Part shown: positions 1 through 15,694 of the stretch, piece by piece
Position numbering within the stretch: the stretch's first letter is position 1
Layout: each line of letters opens with the position of its first letter
Source: Octopus vulgaris
Lineage: Eukaryota
Direction: 5' to 3'
Assembly (NCBI GenBank): GCA_951406725.2
Contig: OX597816.1
Coordinates: 104,904,001 to 104,968,000 of the forward strand
Length of the DNA: 64,000 bases
The notes under the pieces: generated by a model
The model's input: only the letters and a program-made list of their open reading frames with translations
Database searches by the model: none
What the model was told of the DNA's origin: nothing
Program-made: the position numbers and the translations under genes

Positions 1-9
1 CTAAAAATA

Positions 10-210
10 TGGAACGCTTCATATTACGCTGGACGAAATGCTGAACAGTATTTCGCCCGTCGCTACTTTCTGATTTAAAATTCCGCCTTTCATCCTTTCG
101 GGGTTGATAAATTAGGTACCAGTGAAAACTGGGATCGATGTAATCGACTAGTCCCCTCCCCAAAAATTTCAGGCTTTGTGCTTTTAGTAGAAAGTATTAT
201 TATTATTATT
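10..210 (+). mobile_element. tRNA-derived SINE family A (central GCCTTTCATCCTTTCGGGGTYGATAAA domain, (TAT)n tail)
   Basis: Matches better-preserved copies at 38590-38820 and 44686-44900; ends in (TAT)n. Confidence 0.8.
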
Positions 211-360
211 TTGCTTTGGCTCAGGTTCGGTCTTATTCCTGGTAGGATTTATGTGGGTAACGAGTTACTACCTGTAACCTTAGGTACCCACAAGTTTTCA
301 GTAGTCTTTCAAGTGCTTAGAACCCTCCTGCTAATCCTTGCTGTCCCTTGCGTTATTTGT
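211..360 (-). mobile_element. 3' end of R4/Dong-like LINE
   Basis: Minus strand reads GTARISRRVLST*, resembling the C-terminus at 11476-11520, then a short UTR running into (TAA)n. Confidence 0.5.
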
Positions 361-364
361 CTCG

Positions 365-660
365 GATCTTTACTTTGTGAATTCGAATTCCGCCGTGATA
401 AATTCCGCCTATCCTTTCGGTGTAGATAAATTAAAACGCTAGTCACGTGCTGAGGTCAAATGTCATTGATTAATCCTCTCCCTTTAAAATTGCTAGCCTT
501 GTTCTAAGATTTGAAAACCGTTATTGTTATTAAGCATCCCAAAAATGCTTTCGATAAAGTACAGTACCAGTCACGTACTTGGGCAGTGGTATCGCTTAAT
601 CCTCTTCCACCAAATTTGATGTCCTTCTGCTAAAATTTGAAATAATCATTATTGTTGTTG
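365..660 (+). mobile_element. Two partial, degenerate SINE family A copies
   Basis: AATTCCGCC..CCTTTCGG..GATAAA and GATAAAGTACAGTACCAGT motifs. Confidence 0.55.
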
Positions 661-1794
661 TTATTGATTTTGCTGCAACTGCTGCTGCTGGTGATGAAGA
701 TGATGATGACGACCACGACGACCACGACGATGATGATGATTTTTTTCCTGTTGTTGTTGTCATCATCATAATCATTCTGTTATAAAAGCAGCTCTTCCAA
801 ATATTTTATTGACAGTTTGCAATTTGATTCCTTTTTAACACATTCGAAAAGCTGTTTTATACGGTCGAATAGTTAATTATAATTTCGGAACTAATCTGAT
901 TCTTTCAGACCATGCATAATCTTAGTTTTACAACTAGTGTATTATATTTAAAAGAACGATTTCTATTTCAATGATAATAATGCTTTATCACTTTTATTGA
1001 ATTTTATCTTTTTTTATATATTTTTACAATATTGTGAGCGCATGAGATTAGTGTAGTTTTCATATTTGCAAGCACATTTTACGAGGCTGTTGATTCACAT
1101 TGCAAAGAAAACCGTTGAATCCTATTCATATTTCATATAAAACACTTTATTTTTTTAATACGCAGTGTCTGTTATGCTAGTTCATTCCATAGTAACGGTT
1201 CCTTATTTTATACAATTCAATCATCATTCCCGCCCAGATGCTTCTATAAGATGTATTATGTCTACAGCTTGTTGTCTGACCCATTCTCATTTATTGTGAC
1301 AGAATTATGATTCTCTAGAAATATTTCATTTTTCACATCATTTTTTTTTTATGCTTGTGTCTTTAACGTGCGAGTAGATTTATACAAAGCATATTTCTTC
1401 AATGAACTTAACACTTTCGTAAAGTATCAGGATAGTATTGTTTTCATTTTCTTTCAAACGTTATAAATCTATGCTCAGGACTTAACATTCATCGATAAAT
1501 ATACGAATGCATATTTAACACTATACATATTTCTACTATTATTTTCCAAGTTAGTTTTCAATGACAGGCTGTATTTTTTAAAGACCTAGATATATTTACA
1601 TTATTTAATTTTACATATTAACTTGCTTTTCTGCCGTGTTTATTTTATATTTAAACAGACGAATTCCTGGTTCAGTGCAAGTCTGACAGAGAACAAGTGA
1701 TATGAGGATACCACTAGCTTTTCTGTTTTTGCCGAAAGATATGCGCGTGTGTACGCGCACATAATACATGCATATACGTACATAACTAAATTAC

Positions 1795-1895
1795 ATACAA
1801 ACATACGTACATACATACATACATACATACATACATACATACATACATACATACATACATACATACATACATACATACATACATACATACATACA
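1795..1895. repeat. (TACA)n microsatellite
   Basis: Direct tandem repeat. Confidence 0.95.
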
Positions 1896-2947
1896 TTCAT
1901 GCGTGATGGCTATCAACTCGTAGACAAATATGACCACTTGTGACAAATTATCTTACCCTAGATGTTAAAGTTAATGGCTGTCTATGCCGAAATTTAAAGT
2001 CAATTATAGCTCACACGACATCGCTAAGACTCTCACCTACAATCAAAGTCTATATATACTGAACAAAATGGGAGCAGATTCTTTACATATTTATATTCGT
2101 GTTTATCTGAAATTATTCTAATGATATGAAGGGTATTTTACAAGTGAAACAATCCAAATATTTTATCAAGCACTGTATACTCATGTTTCGAAGACGGTAA
2201 AATATCAGTTCCGCTATATACAGCAGGTCGAGTGACCTGCAAGTACTAGCATCTAAATCACTTTCAAATATACGAGAAAGGAGAGGGAGAATATACTATT
2301 AAGTGGTGTTAATTTGGCATTTTGAATCAGTAGTTTCCAAAGTGCATCGAATCAGTAGTTTGTAAAGTGCATTTCAGAGCTTGCGTTCGTTTCAAATCCG
2401 ATTTCGGCAATCATTTTGCAATTACTCTTTGAATGAAATTCCCATCCATTATGCAACAAACGAGATACTGAGAATTATCTAGGCAAGGATTCGTAGATAA
2501 TTAGCTTGGATATCGGTATTTCATATCCTGTCAGAAACATTGCTGATGACCATGGTACAAGAGTCTAATTATCTACGGGACAGGGACCAGAATCATACGT
2601 TACATTATGATCTCACTCTCCACTGTAGGCAGCAGTAATGATAAAGACCTGATCGGTCGGCTTGCTGTCCTGAGTTTGATTCCTTCTTTGGCAGAAGCTT
2701 CCTTGACAAAATATTCTCTAATTTGCTTAACTTTACAGAATCTATGGAGAAGGGTTAGTACCATGGCTTCTCCTATTTTGAAAAAGGAATATGAAAACTG
2801 ATAGAATGCTTCATCTTACACTTCTAAAAATGTAGAACTCGAGTCTAGTAAAATAAATATTGATTAATTGAATTGGTACGAGACCGATGTTTTGTAGAGG
2901 CTAAAATCCACGAATATATTATATTAATGACTTTTTTTAATTTGTAG

Positions 2948-3036
2948 GCATGACCAGCAACATCTTAACGATGTTTGAAAGAACAAATCTAAAACATTGG
3001 CAATACATTACTCGGCGATCTACTGAATCGCTTCCT
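2948..3036 (+). CDS. Candidate internal exon of unknown gene ((G)MTSNILTMFERTNLKHWQYITRRSTESLP)
   Basis: Acceptor ttttttaatttgtag|; donor gtatgt (3037) or gtaagc (3041); open frame; no recognisable homology. Confidence 0.25.
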
Positions 3037-3302
3037 GTATGTAAGCAATAATTATTTAACGAACCAAGACTAATTTAAACTAAAATTTATTCCAAGTGAA
3101 GTGAAGGCATAGCCAGACGGATGAAACCTAACATTTCTTTCTCATTTTGAAATATATTGTTAGCTGAGAAGTGTAGTTAATGGAATTGATTCAGCACTGG
3201 AATACTTATGTTAATGAATCAGAAGTTCTGAAAACTAAAACAGGTGCCCATGTGGCCCTTGGAGTGGTCAAGTAGCGTCAATTTCGTTTTTCCTTTCCTT
3301 AG

Positions 3303-3392
3303 CAAGCTTTAAAAGATTTCATAATGATCATTGACGCTAACCTGTGTTATTTGCATAAACCATTTAAAAATCTCACAGAACTATGTTCGGGT
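3303..3392 (+). CDS. Candidate exon (QALKDFIMIIDANLCYLHKPFKNLTELCSG)
   Basis: Acceptor tttttcctttccttag|, donor gttagt; phase-compatible with 2948-3036. Confidence 0.2.
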
Positions 3393-4742
3393 GTTAGTAA
3401 TTAGTGTAAATCATCAACAGGCATGCTACACTTTAGGATAACTTCACTTTAGAAAATAAAAATCAATCTCACTTAGCTCACCATTTAACTCAGCGAAATT
3501 TTTTAATACTTGAAAGTACTACTTTTCCCTTGTTTGTTTTTCATTGTCATACATTAATGAGACTCTGAATAAACAGTAGCACTATTAAGTGGACGAAACC
3601 TATTGTAATTGTAGATAGAGAAGAAATCCATTGATTTTTATTGATAAAAGCCAAAATTTTATTGGTAATGAATAATTCTAACAGACCATTTTAAGGAGAT
3701 AAATGCATGAGAAAAGTTTCGAATGAGAAAGAAACTCCGACATCTTGCAATGGAAGTATATATGTACAAAGGATATATTATTCCTGCATTCACTATAATC
3801 TGCATGGCTAGACAATATATAGTAAAAAAATTTCAGTTGTATTGTTTGTAAAAAATATCGAAATCTCATACAGTTGTTTTAAACTAGATAATGTTTGGAT
3901 AAAGTCACTTCTGTGAATTTATTCAGTTGGAATTGTATCAGTAAATTTTATTACAAAAGCATTCAGTAAATAGTGAATAGACCTCATACCTACCGCCAAC
4001 TCAAATATTAGCCTACCAAACAAAAAACATCTGTGAAATTGTTGACCGTCATTACAAAAGACAGTAAGAAACAGTTGAATAAAAAGGCTTTAAAATGAAT
4101 ACTAAATGCGTTTATAAATTTCAACATGGACCAGTCAGTGATTATTGTATGGCGCTTCCAAAACATACTAAAACATTTACATTTGGCACAATACAAGCCT
4201 AAATTATTAGAGTGGTCGATCTAAAGCAATTAAGGTATTTAGCACATGTAAACAACTCAATTATTCCTTTGATTGTACAGCAATATTGCAAACTATTAAA
4301 CATACCTATTCTGCCAGAAATAACGTTTCTTTACCATAGATTGGTCAGAAATAATCAAATTAGTTTTCATATAAGGAAATAAAACTTAATAGAAGTATCA
4401 ACAATATTTAAGTAGATTAGTTCTAAATAGTAGATAATGTTCTTAGACATAATTCTCATGGTAGATTAATCCTTTTAAAATGTGACGTTCAATACAGAAC
4501 TATAGAATCCGAAACTCAATGAGACTTTTATGCATCGAATAAATATCTGCAAATAAAACCAAAATATCAGCTTGAATGATCCTAATTTTTTATGAATGCA
4601 TTGCTTCTTTATAATTTTTTTATGTTTTGTATTTTTGTATTATCTATTCTTCTGTCTATAAGTCTATAAACTATAACAAATATATACAACTACATATTTA
4701 GATACATATATACATATATATATATGTATATGTATACATATA

Positions 4743-4791
<49 letters not shown>

Positions 4792-4851
4792 ATGTATATA
4801 TGTAGATATATATACGTACATATATACATATACATATATATACACACACAC

Positions 4852-4922
<71 letters not shown>

Positions 4923-5074
4923 TATATACATTTATATATATATAACTTCATGTGTGTAGAGAGAGAGACAAAGACTTATAATCATATTAGATATTCATGC
5001 ACACTGGTGTTTTATGACCAGACAGAGATAGATACATTTAATTCTTGAAACATATTTCTATGCATACACACACT

Positions 5075-5135
<61 letters not shown>

Positions 5136-5145
5136 TGCGTGTGTG

Positions 5146-5424
5146 TAATAATAATAAATGACAAATAGACGTGCACACAACTGAGAAAAGTTTTTTTTTC
5201 GGTGTTTCACCGAATATGTATTCCCATGTATGGCAGATTATACACGCACATACACACACACAAACGCGCACGTACACATATAAGCACGTGGTACACGCTC
5301 ACACATATATCTATGTTAGTATATACGTATACTGATATGCATGCATACAAAACGCATATATATATATGCGTTTGATGTGTATGTGTGTATACCACATGCG
5401 TATATGTGTGCGTGCGCATTTGTA

Positions 5425-5455
<31 letters not shown>

Positions 5456-5545
5456 AATCTGCCATACATGGGAATACATATTCGGTGGAATGCATAAAAA
5501 ACTTTTCTTAGTTGTGTACACGTCTATTTGCCAATTATTATTATT
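5146..5545. repeat. Fold-back element: ~100 bp inverted arms around a CA/TG-rich spacer
   Basis: 5146-5245 is the approximate reverse complement of 5450-5545 (CCGAATATGTATTCCCATGTATGGCAGATTA / TAATCTGCCATACATGGGAATACATATTCGG). Confidence 0.85.
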
Positions 5546-5689
5546 GCTTCTATTCTCTTTTAATTGTACAGAATAAGCCTTCGTACCATATTTCTGTATC
5601 GAATTGATAGACAGTCAGACAGACAGATCTTTTCCATAACCACGATTAACGAAGTCAGTCGTTGGTATCCTTGAAAGTAGAACTGATAT

Positions 5690-5945
5690 AACAAGCTAGC
5701 TTCTACATAGTCGCTCAGTATCATAGAAATAATAATGACATATTTCTTAAGCTGTATATAACCGCTTTAAAAATAGGAAACATTAGCTAATGTAATCCTA
5801 GATTTTTGGTTTGTTGCCTTTTTTGTAGATTTCTTTTTGTGTGGTTTGTTTTTGTTACTGTTAAGTAAAAAAAAAATGTGGGATTGACAACAATATAACT
5901 CCTTTGATCACAGCACCGAGGTTAGGCTAAGCAATAGATGAACAA
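5690..5945 (+). mobile_element. Unclassified interspersed repeat family E, degenerate copy
   Basis: Shares GCTC...TAGAAATA and TTTGATCAYAG motifs with 6690-6860 and 32870-33070. Confidence 0.4.
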
Positions 5946-6689
5946 ATACAATATAAGTCCTTGATTGTGAAGTGAAAACTCATGAACCATATTATAGCTG
6001 TGTTCAGTGACGATTAAACGTTTATGTGTTCGATTGTGTATTATAAATTGATAGCTATTTTTTTTTAACAATCACAATATTTGTATTTTTACAAAAAAAA
6101 ATGCATCAGTCACACACACACACACACAGAGTCACACACACACACACACATATAATAAAACTCATACTCAATGTGTATGCTTTGCTTGTACGTCGGTAGC
6201 TGCAATTTGAAGCGATAGAGATGATTCCATCAAAGAGCTGTTTGTTAAAACACTGAAAGTCATAGACAGGTGAGACAACTCATCCCAAATACCATTCAAG
6301 AGCGATGGACATCGATATTTCACCATTTTTGTGGCTTATCAACATCACGTACCTGAACCGAATTGGAGCAAAGCGCATCATAAGTTTACGTGAGCGCGGT
6401 GTGCAAGCATAATTCATGAAGGTTTATTTAACTGGAGCAAGGCGTACCATCAACAGTCTAAATGTTAAAAGTCTGATCGGGACTCCAGAAGAAAATATCA
6501 CAGGTGAAACAGCAGTTAAATATGACTAAGTAATGGAATAAAACCTGCTGAAGGATATCATTACAATAATAATTATCCAATGTATCTAAATATAGTTTAT
6601 CGCTATGTTCAGTCAGCCTTCTTTCAGTCAACCTTGTTTCAGATATATCATTGACACAAGAATAACTTATAACCGCTTTTCCACGAGCC

Positions 6690-6860
6690 AACGAAGAAGT
6701 CTCTATACGCTCGCTCAATCTGCTAGAAATAGCAGCCAAATCTTCCTGAAATTTGAGTCAACAATATTTTACGAATAGAGGTCACAGACGTGCATTAAAG
6801 ACAGGTTGCTCATTTGATCATAGTCCTGCTCAGTTAAGACATGAAGTTAAACAACACGCA
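6690..6860 (+). mobile_element. Unclassified interspersed repeat family E (CTAGAAATAGCAGCCAAATCT...TAAACAACA)
   Basis: Related copies at ~5690, ~31670, ~32680 and ~32870. Confidence 0.5.
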
Positions 6861-7438
6861 TCTGCATCAAATAGCGACCGATATGAATACTTAAGCAGAG
6901 AATTTCAAAATTTAGCTTTCAGACTTTTGATTTCTAGTGTTAATAGCCAGCATGCTATTTTACCAAACAGATACGAGCGTTAAAACGCAATTTGTTCGCG
7001 GTGACAAATAACTCAGAATCGATTTTTTTTTCCTAAAGATGCCTAATCTTCTCAAAGTTTAAAAGTTCTACTTCGATAATCTTATCTTTGGCACTTAGGA
7101 ATGTTACTTAACAGCTTCGGCTGCCAATCTGCATAATAAGGATTGGGTTTCGGTTTACTTTTCAATATTAACGGTTTTCTGTTTCCAAAATGGTTATTTG
7201 TTTGTCTCTTTATTTTTATTTTTACAGATTTTTTTGTTAATCTATAAAATAATGGGAATATTTAGCAGATATAAGGACATGTATTCAATACAAGTGCTAT
7301 ATAGCTCATATGTCTATGTGTTTGGATTCTGAGTATGCGTGTATTTGAGTGTATTGTGTGCCTGTATGCATGTGTATAGTAATATATAGATAAGTATGTA
7401 TACACACACACAGACACAGATATATATATATCTGTGTC

Positions 7439-7500
<62 letters not shown>

Positions 7501-7977
7501 CATACATTCATATATATATACATATGTGTGTGTATATGTCTGTGTACATAGTCACATACACGCATATGTTCGCTTACGCATGTACTTATGTGTGTATGTG
7601 TGTGTGTATGTATTATGTATTATGAGTGTGTTTGCGCTAAAAAGAAATAAGAATACTCAAATGACTTAGCACAGTTTATTTGTTTATTCCTGGCTGATGA
7701 ACCACTACGTCTCTACTCCGAGATTAAATGTAGGATAGGAACATTGACCTAGACTTTTCAAAACCTTCCAAAATTGTGTTACCTCTTTGTGTTTTTGATA
7801 CAATTTTATTTAGAATTTTCAGTTTCCTGCACGTTGATTAAAGCAGCTAATATGCAGTGTCACTAGAACTGCTTTACCATATTTGTTCTTGCTCTCTGAG
7901 TTAAAATCGCACCGAAGGCAGTCTTTCTTTCTTCATTTGGTATGGATAAGTAAGTAACATTCAAGTATCGGAATCGA

Positions 7978-8023
<46 letters not shown>

Positions 8024-8129
8024 CCTCTCTCAGAATTGGCTATAGTCCACAATATGTTATTTTGTGAAATGCGCATAAAGAAAGGCAAACAACTTTGTGT
8101 CTTCGAACGAAAATTCTGATTGGCTCCAC

Positions 8130-9050
8130 CTGCTTTTTCAGGAATACGTCAGGAGCTATTCCTTTTTCAACGACTTGATAGCACAATTTTTTCTCGCTTT
8201 AACAAAGTTTTCATAAGTTTAATTTTGGTGTGCAAATGAGGAAGGTACAATTTCTTAGAGTTGACAAACAAATGAACTTTTTTAGCCATATTCTCTAAGC
8301 CTAATGGCTTTACGCACATGCAAAACAATAGTACATATGACAGCCTCCCTGTAATCCTATTAAAAATGCTATTTCCTTTAGACCTATACATACATCTAAC
8401 TTATATGTCTGATACTGAACCTTTTCTAACGGCAACTTCATGTTGTCTTGTGACTCATTCATGTTTCTAAAATGTGCAATAGGTAGAGAAAGTAAGTTAT
8501 TTCCATTATAAGAAATCAATAAATAGTCGCCATTCATCCGCTTTGTGTTCAAGAACAACAGTTTCCATGATTGAATTATCATCTTTACAAAGCAAAAATT
8601 TATTTCATGAGAGAACCATTCTTTGAATTCATCACAGCGGCTGCAGAAACCAGAAATTTTAGGATAGCGATGCAATGTATACCAACAATTCAATCTTCAA
8701 CCTAAACGTTCAATCTGCCTATTAGGTAAATTCAGATCACGAACTAGGTCATTCAGATCACTTGTGATACTAAATGTTGTCCATATCACTTTCTGATGTG
8801 TTGTCTATTCTGTATTTTATGTAGTTTGTTCTCAGTGCTTGCTCTTGGGCAGCACAGATTAGAGCCTCCGTTTCCGGTTTTAAATCATTTTATTTGTCAA
8901 GTGGGGCAAGGGGTAGACCAGAATTTTGTGCCAGAAATCTCTTCATCTTTTTCCTCTGAATATGTTCCAGCTTAGTTCGATTTCTCACCATTTAAATGTT
9001 GTTCTTGGGAGAATTTAGTACTGGAAGATAAGTACTGTAAATAATTGGTG
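8130..9050 (-). mobile_element. Degenerate DNA transposase, Chapaev3 (CMC)-like
   Basis: Frameshifted motifs DLNDLVRDLNL, NGNNLLSLPIAH..MNESQDNMKL, LKEIAFLIGLQGG..YYCF and LYLPHLHTKIKLMK (cf. LLPPLHIKLGLMK of this family, recalled from memory). Confidence 0.7.
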
Positions 9051-9439
9051 AATTACACTATTGAAGATTTTTGAAGCTTATTCGAGCTCACAAAGTTGAA
9101 ATAATAGCTAGTTGAGTGACCTTTGGTCACTCTCCAGAACATTACAGCTGTAAATGACATGAAGCGGGAACTATTTAGCGATCTTGTTAATTGCCTTACG
9201 CAAGTGACACACCAAGTATTAGGGTCCCGACTCTTGTACAGATTCACTCACTTTATATTCAGAGGTAATATTTACGTCAATGTGTAAAGCTGTGTTTCCG
9301 GGATTTAAATTAGTGAAATTATTTAGACAGCAAATTTGTTGATAAGTCTATAAATATATTTACACGTGTACTTTTAATAAACATATAATTAAATCGCTGG
9401 GCAATATCTGTAGAACGACAGACGACCACAAATTAAGAT

Positions 9440-9785
9440 GTATGCACGAAATCTAGAGCTCGGAAATAGATCTTTACATTCTGAATTCAAATCTTGCCGG
9501 GGTCAGTTTTGCCTTTCATGCTTTAGCGGTTAATATAATACAGTACTAATCAAGCACTGGAGTCAATGTAGTTGACCATCTCCGTCCTGCAAATTTCGGT
9601 CATTGTGCCTATATTAGAAGTAATTATAAAAATGGTGTGCTAACAGAATCGTTGCCGAGCCGGACAAAATGCTTCGTAGCTTTTTTTCCAGCTCTTTATG
9701 TTCTGAGTTCAAATGTCAGTGAGATCCACTTTGTCTTTCATCCTTTCGGAGGTCGATGAAACAAGTACCAGTTACGTACTACAGT
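9440..9785 (+). mobile_element. Two tandem SINE family A copies
   Basis: TTCTGARTTCAAAT B-box-like motif plus CTTTCAT core, present twice. Confidence 0.75.
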
Positions 9786-11000
<1,215 letters not shown>

Positions 11001-11271
11001 TTAATTAATATTACTTACTCGGGTATAGTCCTGCGCTTTGTCAGCGTGGTGAACGTATTTATACGTGTTGTGCGATGACGGAGGTGAGACACAGTTAAAA
11101 TACATCGTTTCATTCGGAAAATAGAAATAAATCTTAATGGGTATTACTTATTCGGATATAGTCCAACACTTTGTCAGTTATTTTAGGCTCCATTTGTTGA
11201 CTTTATTCCCAATGTTTTTGGATAGTTTTTGGAACAGTGCTTTATTGCTCTCACATGTTAAACGTCCCCAT

Positions 11272-11272
11272 G

Positions 11273-11368
<96 letters not shown>

Positions 11369-11387
11369 AATATTATTATTATTATTT
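11272..11387. repeat. (TTA)n microsatellite (tail/target of the Dong-like LINE)
   Basis: Tandem repeat. Confidence 0.95.
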
Positions 11388-11848
11388 GATGAAAATTCTC
11401 AGCTTATTTTGCTGGGTATGATGGAAAGTGTCAGCTGTCCACAGCCTACAGACTAGGGTGACACTTGTTTACTGGTCATGCTTCAAGAAACCTGCGAAGA
11501 ATTCTTCCAGTTCCAAGCAATTTTTGTAGACGTTCTATCTTTATATTTGTGCCAATCTTTTTGAGCCATGCTGGTACTTGAGTGCTGATACTTCGAAGTG
11601 CGCCAATTATTATTGGTATCACGTCTACTCTCTTCATTGAGCACAACCTTCGCATTTCCCAATTTAAATTGTCGTAGTCGTTCAGTTTTTCTTCTTTCTC
11701 TTTGACACTCTTGTCACTGGGACATTTTATGTCGATTATCATGCAAGTGCTTTCTTTTTTATTCACCACAACAATGTCCGGTTTCCGATGTCTGGTCCGG
11801 TGATTGCACTGAATCATTGCATCGCACAGGGTTTTGCAATCTTCATTC
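11388..11848 (-). mobile_element. 5'-truncated R4/Dong-like LINE: restriction-like endonuclease domain plus 3' UTR ending in (TAA)n
   Basis: ORF 11476-11817 has RKPDIVV...IIDIKCP...KEKEEK..Y...VIPIIIGAL, a PD-(D/E)xK RLE signature. Confidence 0.85.
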
Positions 11849-11913
11849 TAGTATGTCAATGGTGTATTCATTGAGATAGATGTACCAGAAGAAGCGGTAC
11901 GACTGGAAAATTT

Positions 11914-12385
<472 letters not shown>

Positions 12386-12619
12386 TCAAATTCAACATTG
12401 AATAAAGATCTGATACAGATACAGGTGATACATTTTTCGATATAAACGTAAGAATAAGGGGGAAATAGAACTCTAATATACACATATAGTGTCAACAAAT
12501 ACAAGGGAATTTGTGAGTGTCTCCAACCCTCTGACCCATTTATAAGATATACGTAGTTAAATCTCTATTTGCACTCAACAAAAGACGGTTTAAAAAATAA
12601 ATAAAAATTAAACGAACCC

Positions 12620-13160
12620 TGGTCAATGACAGAAACTAGAATACGTCGGTAAGGTAACTGTAGAAAAACATTAAACAATTCCTCTCTATACAGTAAACAA
12701 AGACAAACTATACATATAGTTTACTACATTGACTAAATACATTCTAACTACAAAATGTAATGGATTACATCAAAAATCTACACTCACAATATGAAGACTT
12801 ATCATATGTAAACAGAGCAGTAAGAATATATTATATTAACACCAGAAATACAAACTTCATTATACGAAACGACATACATGTAAGTCAGAGAGCGTACTCT
12901 CGCATAATCCATGCAATATAAACTTTTCAATGTAAGCATCGAAGTTGTAATCGTCATGACTCAAAACTGTTATATTGGGTATTTTATAACCAGCTGACCA
13001 TATTACAATGCAGAACACGAAACAAAGCAAGATAGAAATACATCGCTTCATAAAATAGCCTATAGAGAATTCCACACAAAAACTAGAAGGCTATCAATAG
13101 AAGTTTTATTAATCACCAAACACAAACCAGAATTCAACATGAAGATACAGTACGGTATGC
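12620..13160 (+). mobile_element. Ancient Penelope-like element debris
   Basis: Peptide remnants YVNRAVRIY and RRLSIEVLLITKHKPEFN resemble the PLE thumb region and GIY-YIG C-terminus. Confidence 0.35.
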
Positions 13161-13582
13161 TGGTAATAAACCAAATATTGTTACTGATTCCTGAATGTAA
13201 CCTGCATTTAACAGTTACAATGTTAAATCCGACATTGAAGAGTTTATCAGTAACACCATCATTCCCATGATCTTAGCCACGTACAATAAAATGCGATAAT
13301 AAAAACAACCACTACATCGAGAGTTGATAGGCTGAGAATAACTAGATACGTTCGCGGATTTCGGAACATCATTGTTTCAAACTAGACACAGGGGATTAAT
13401 ATACAGAAAAAATATCAAGAAAGAAGATTGAACTTAAAGTCAACAAGTGTTTTCTATATGCCTACGCTTATCTGCAGGCATGTATCTATCTATCTGTTTC
13501 TCTATATATAGATACATACATACAAACATACATAAACACGTACACACACACGTAAACATATGTGTGTATGTATGTATGTATG

Positions 13583-13658
<76 letters not shown>

Positions 13659-13776
13659 TTTCTCTCCCTGTTTCTTTCCTTGTTTTTTTCTGTGTGTATA
13701 TATATATATATATGATCGTTTGTAGAAATACATAAATCCGGAAGAGATGTAGAGTAGTTAATATTGTGGTAGGCCG

Positions 13777-13849
13777 GTTTATGGGGTTACCCTGGGTTTC
13801 TCACACATAAGGAGTTTAACCTTACGGCGTATCTTCAGGCTCCAAACAC
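13777..13849 (-). ncRNA. Minimal type-I hammerhead ribozyme motif in a PLE-like fold-back
   Basis: Minus strand: CTGAAGA-tacgccgtaagg/ttaaact/ccttatgtgtga-GAAA-cccaggg-TA; stem I imperfect. Confidence 0.65.
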
Positions 13850-14291
13850 TGAGGCATCTTTAGATGAGCGAGAAACCCAGGGTAACGCCATAAACCGGCC
13901 TACCCAACAATAATAAAAGAGATGAGAAATTCCGTATGTTATTTACATAGGACGGATGTGTCCTCATCTCGTTTGTTGTTACCACAACTTATCGGCTGAT
14001 TTACTCTTCAGTCTTCATCAAATGTCCTGGTGGAATTTTGAACTCAACTCTTCCTTTTGAATTCATGTATGGAAAATCGGAGACCACCTTCCACTGTAGG
14101 ATGAAGTTAGACAGAGAGCACCAGTGGGAAATACAAAAATTAAAAGAGGCAGCACATATGCTAGGACACAATAACCTCCTAAGCAGGCCTAGTGCAGCTA
14201 TGAGTAGAATATGGGAACCGGTATTAAGGAAAGATTTTAAAATATTGTTTATAAACCCTAAAATTCACTCTATAATTGATCATATGCCCAC

Positions 14292-14364
14292 GGACATATA
14301 GAGTAGTAGTTAAGAGAGCGGGCTACTGACCCCAAATTTGCGAATTCAATTCCAGGCAATGCCT
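14292..14364 (+). pseudogene. tRNA-like sequence inside the PLE 3' region
   Basis: A-box-like TAGAGTAGTAGTTAA, anticodon arm ggg-CTACTGA-ccc, B-box-like GAATTCAATTCC; about 73 nt. Confidence 0.5.
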
Positions 14365-14384
14365 TGAATAAATAATACGAATAA

Positions 14385-15160
<776 letters not shown>

Positions 15161-15220
15161 AGTAACATCAAAAAATACCTTAGGAATGAGAACCCAGGGT
15201 TACGTTCAAAATTCCACTTG

Positions 15221-15265
15221 GACACCTGATGAAGACTGGAGAAAAAATCAGCCGAAACGTTGTTA
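15221..15265 (+). ncRNA. Minimal hammerhead motif in PLE pLTR
   Basis: gacac-CTGATGA-a-gactg/gagaaaaaat/cagcc-GAAA-cg-TT-gt; stems I and II partly mismatched. Confidence 0.55.
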
Positions 15266-15306
15266 ACAACAAACAAGATTAGTACAGATATCCGTACATG
15301 TAAATA

Positions 15307-15344
<38 letters not shown>

Positions 15345-15372
15345 TGAGAGAGAGAAAGAGAGAGAGAGAGAG

Positions 15373-15515
15373 AGATGAATAAATAAATGGAGTTGAACGA
15401 AGATGTTAATAAAATCCCTTTACTTTCGACATATTTTTCGAAGACAACGTGGTTTTGTCGAAAGTAAAGGAATTTTATTAACATCGTTCAACTCCATTTA
15501 TTTATTTATTCATCT
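15373..15515. repeat. Fold-back (~58 bp inverted arms, ~24 nt loop)
   Basis: 15373-15431 is the reverse complement of 15456-15515. Confidence 0.85.
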
Positions 15516-15659
15516 ATAACACACAAATTAATGCACATTAACCCGGAGTTTCTACCTTTGGATAGGTCGCTTCAACCGTGTTTCTGACGTGAATTTGCTA
15601 TGTTAACGAATTGAATTTTCCATGTTAACGGTAAACATAGGATAATTCATTCACCCATC

Positions 15660-15689
<30 letters not shown>

Positions 15690-15694
<5 letters not shown>

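Noticed and set aside
6300-6520. RIISLRERG, resembling a Tc1 transposase N-terminus
   Set aside because: Too short and degenerate to call
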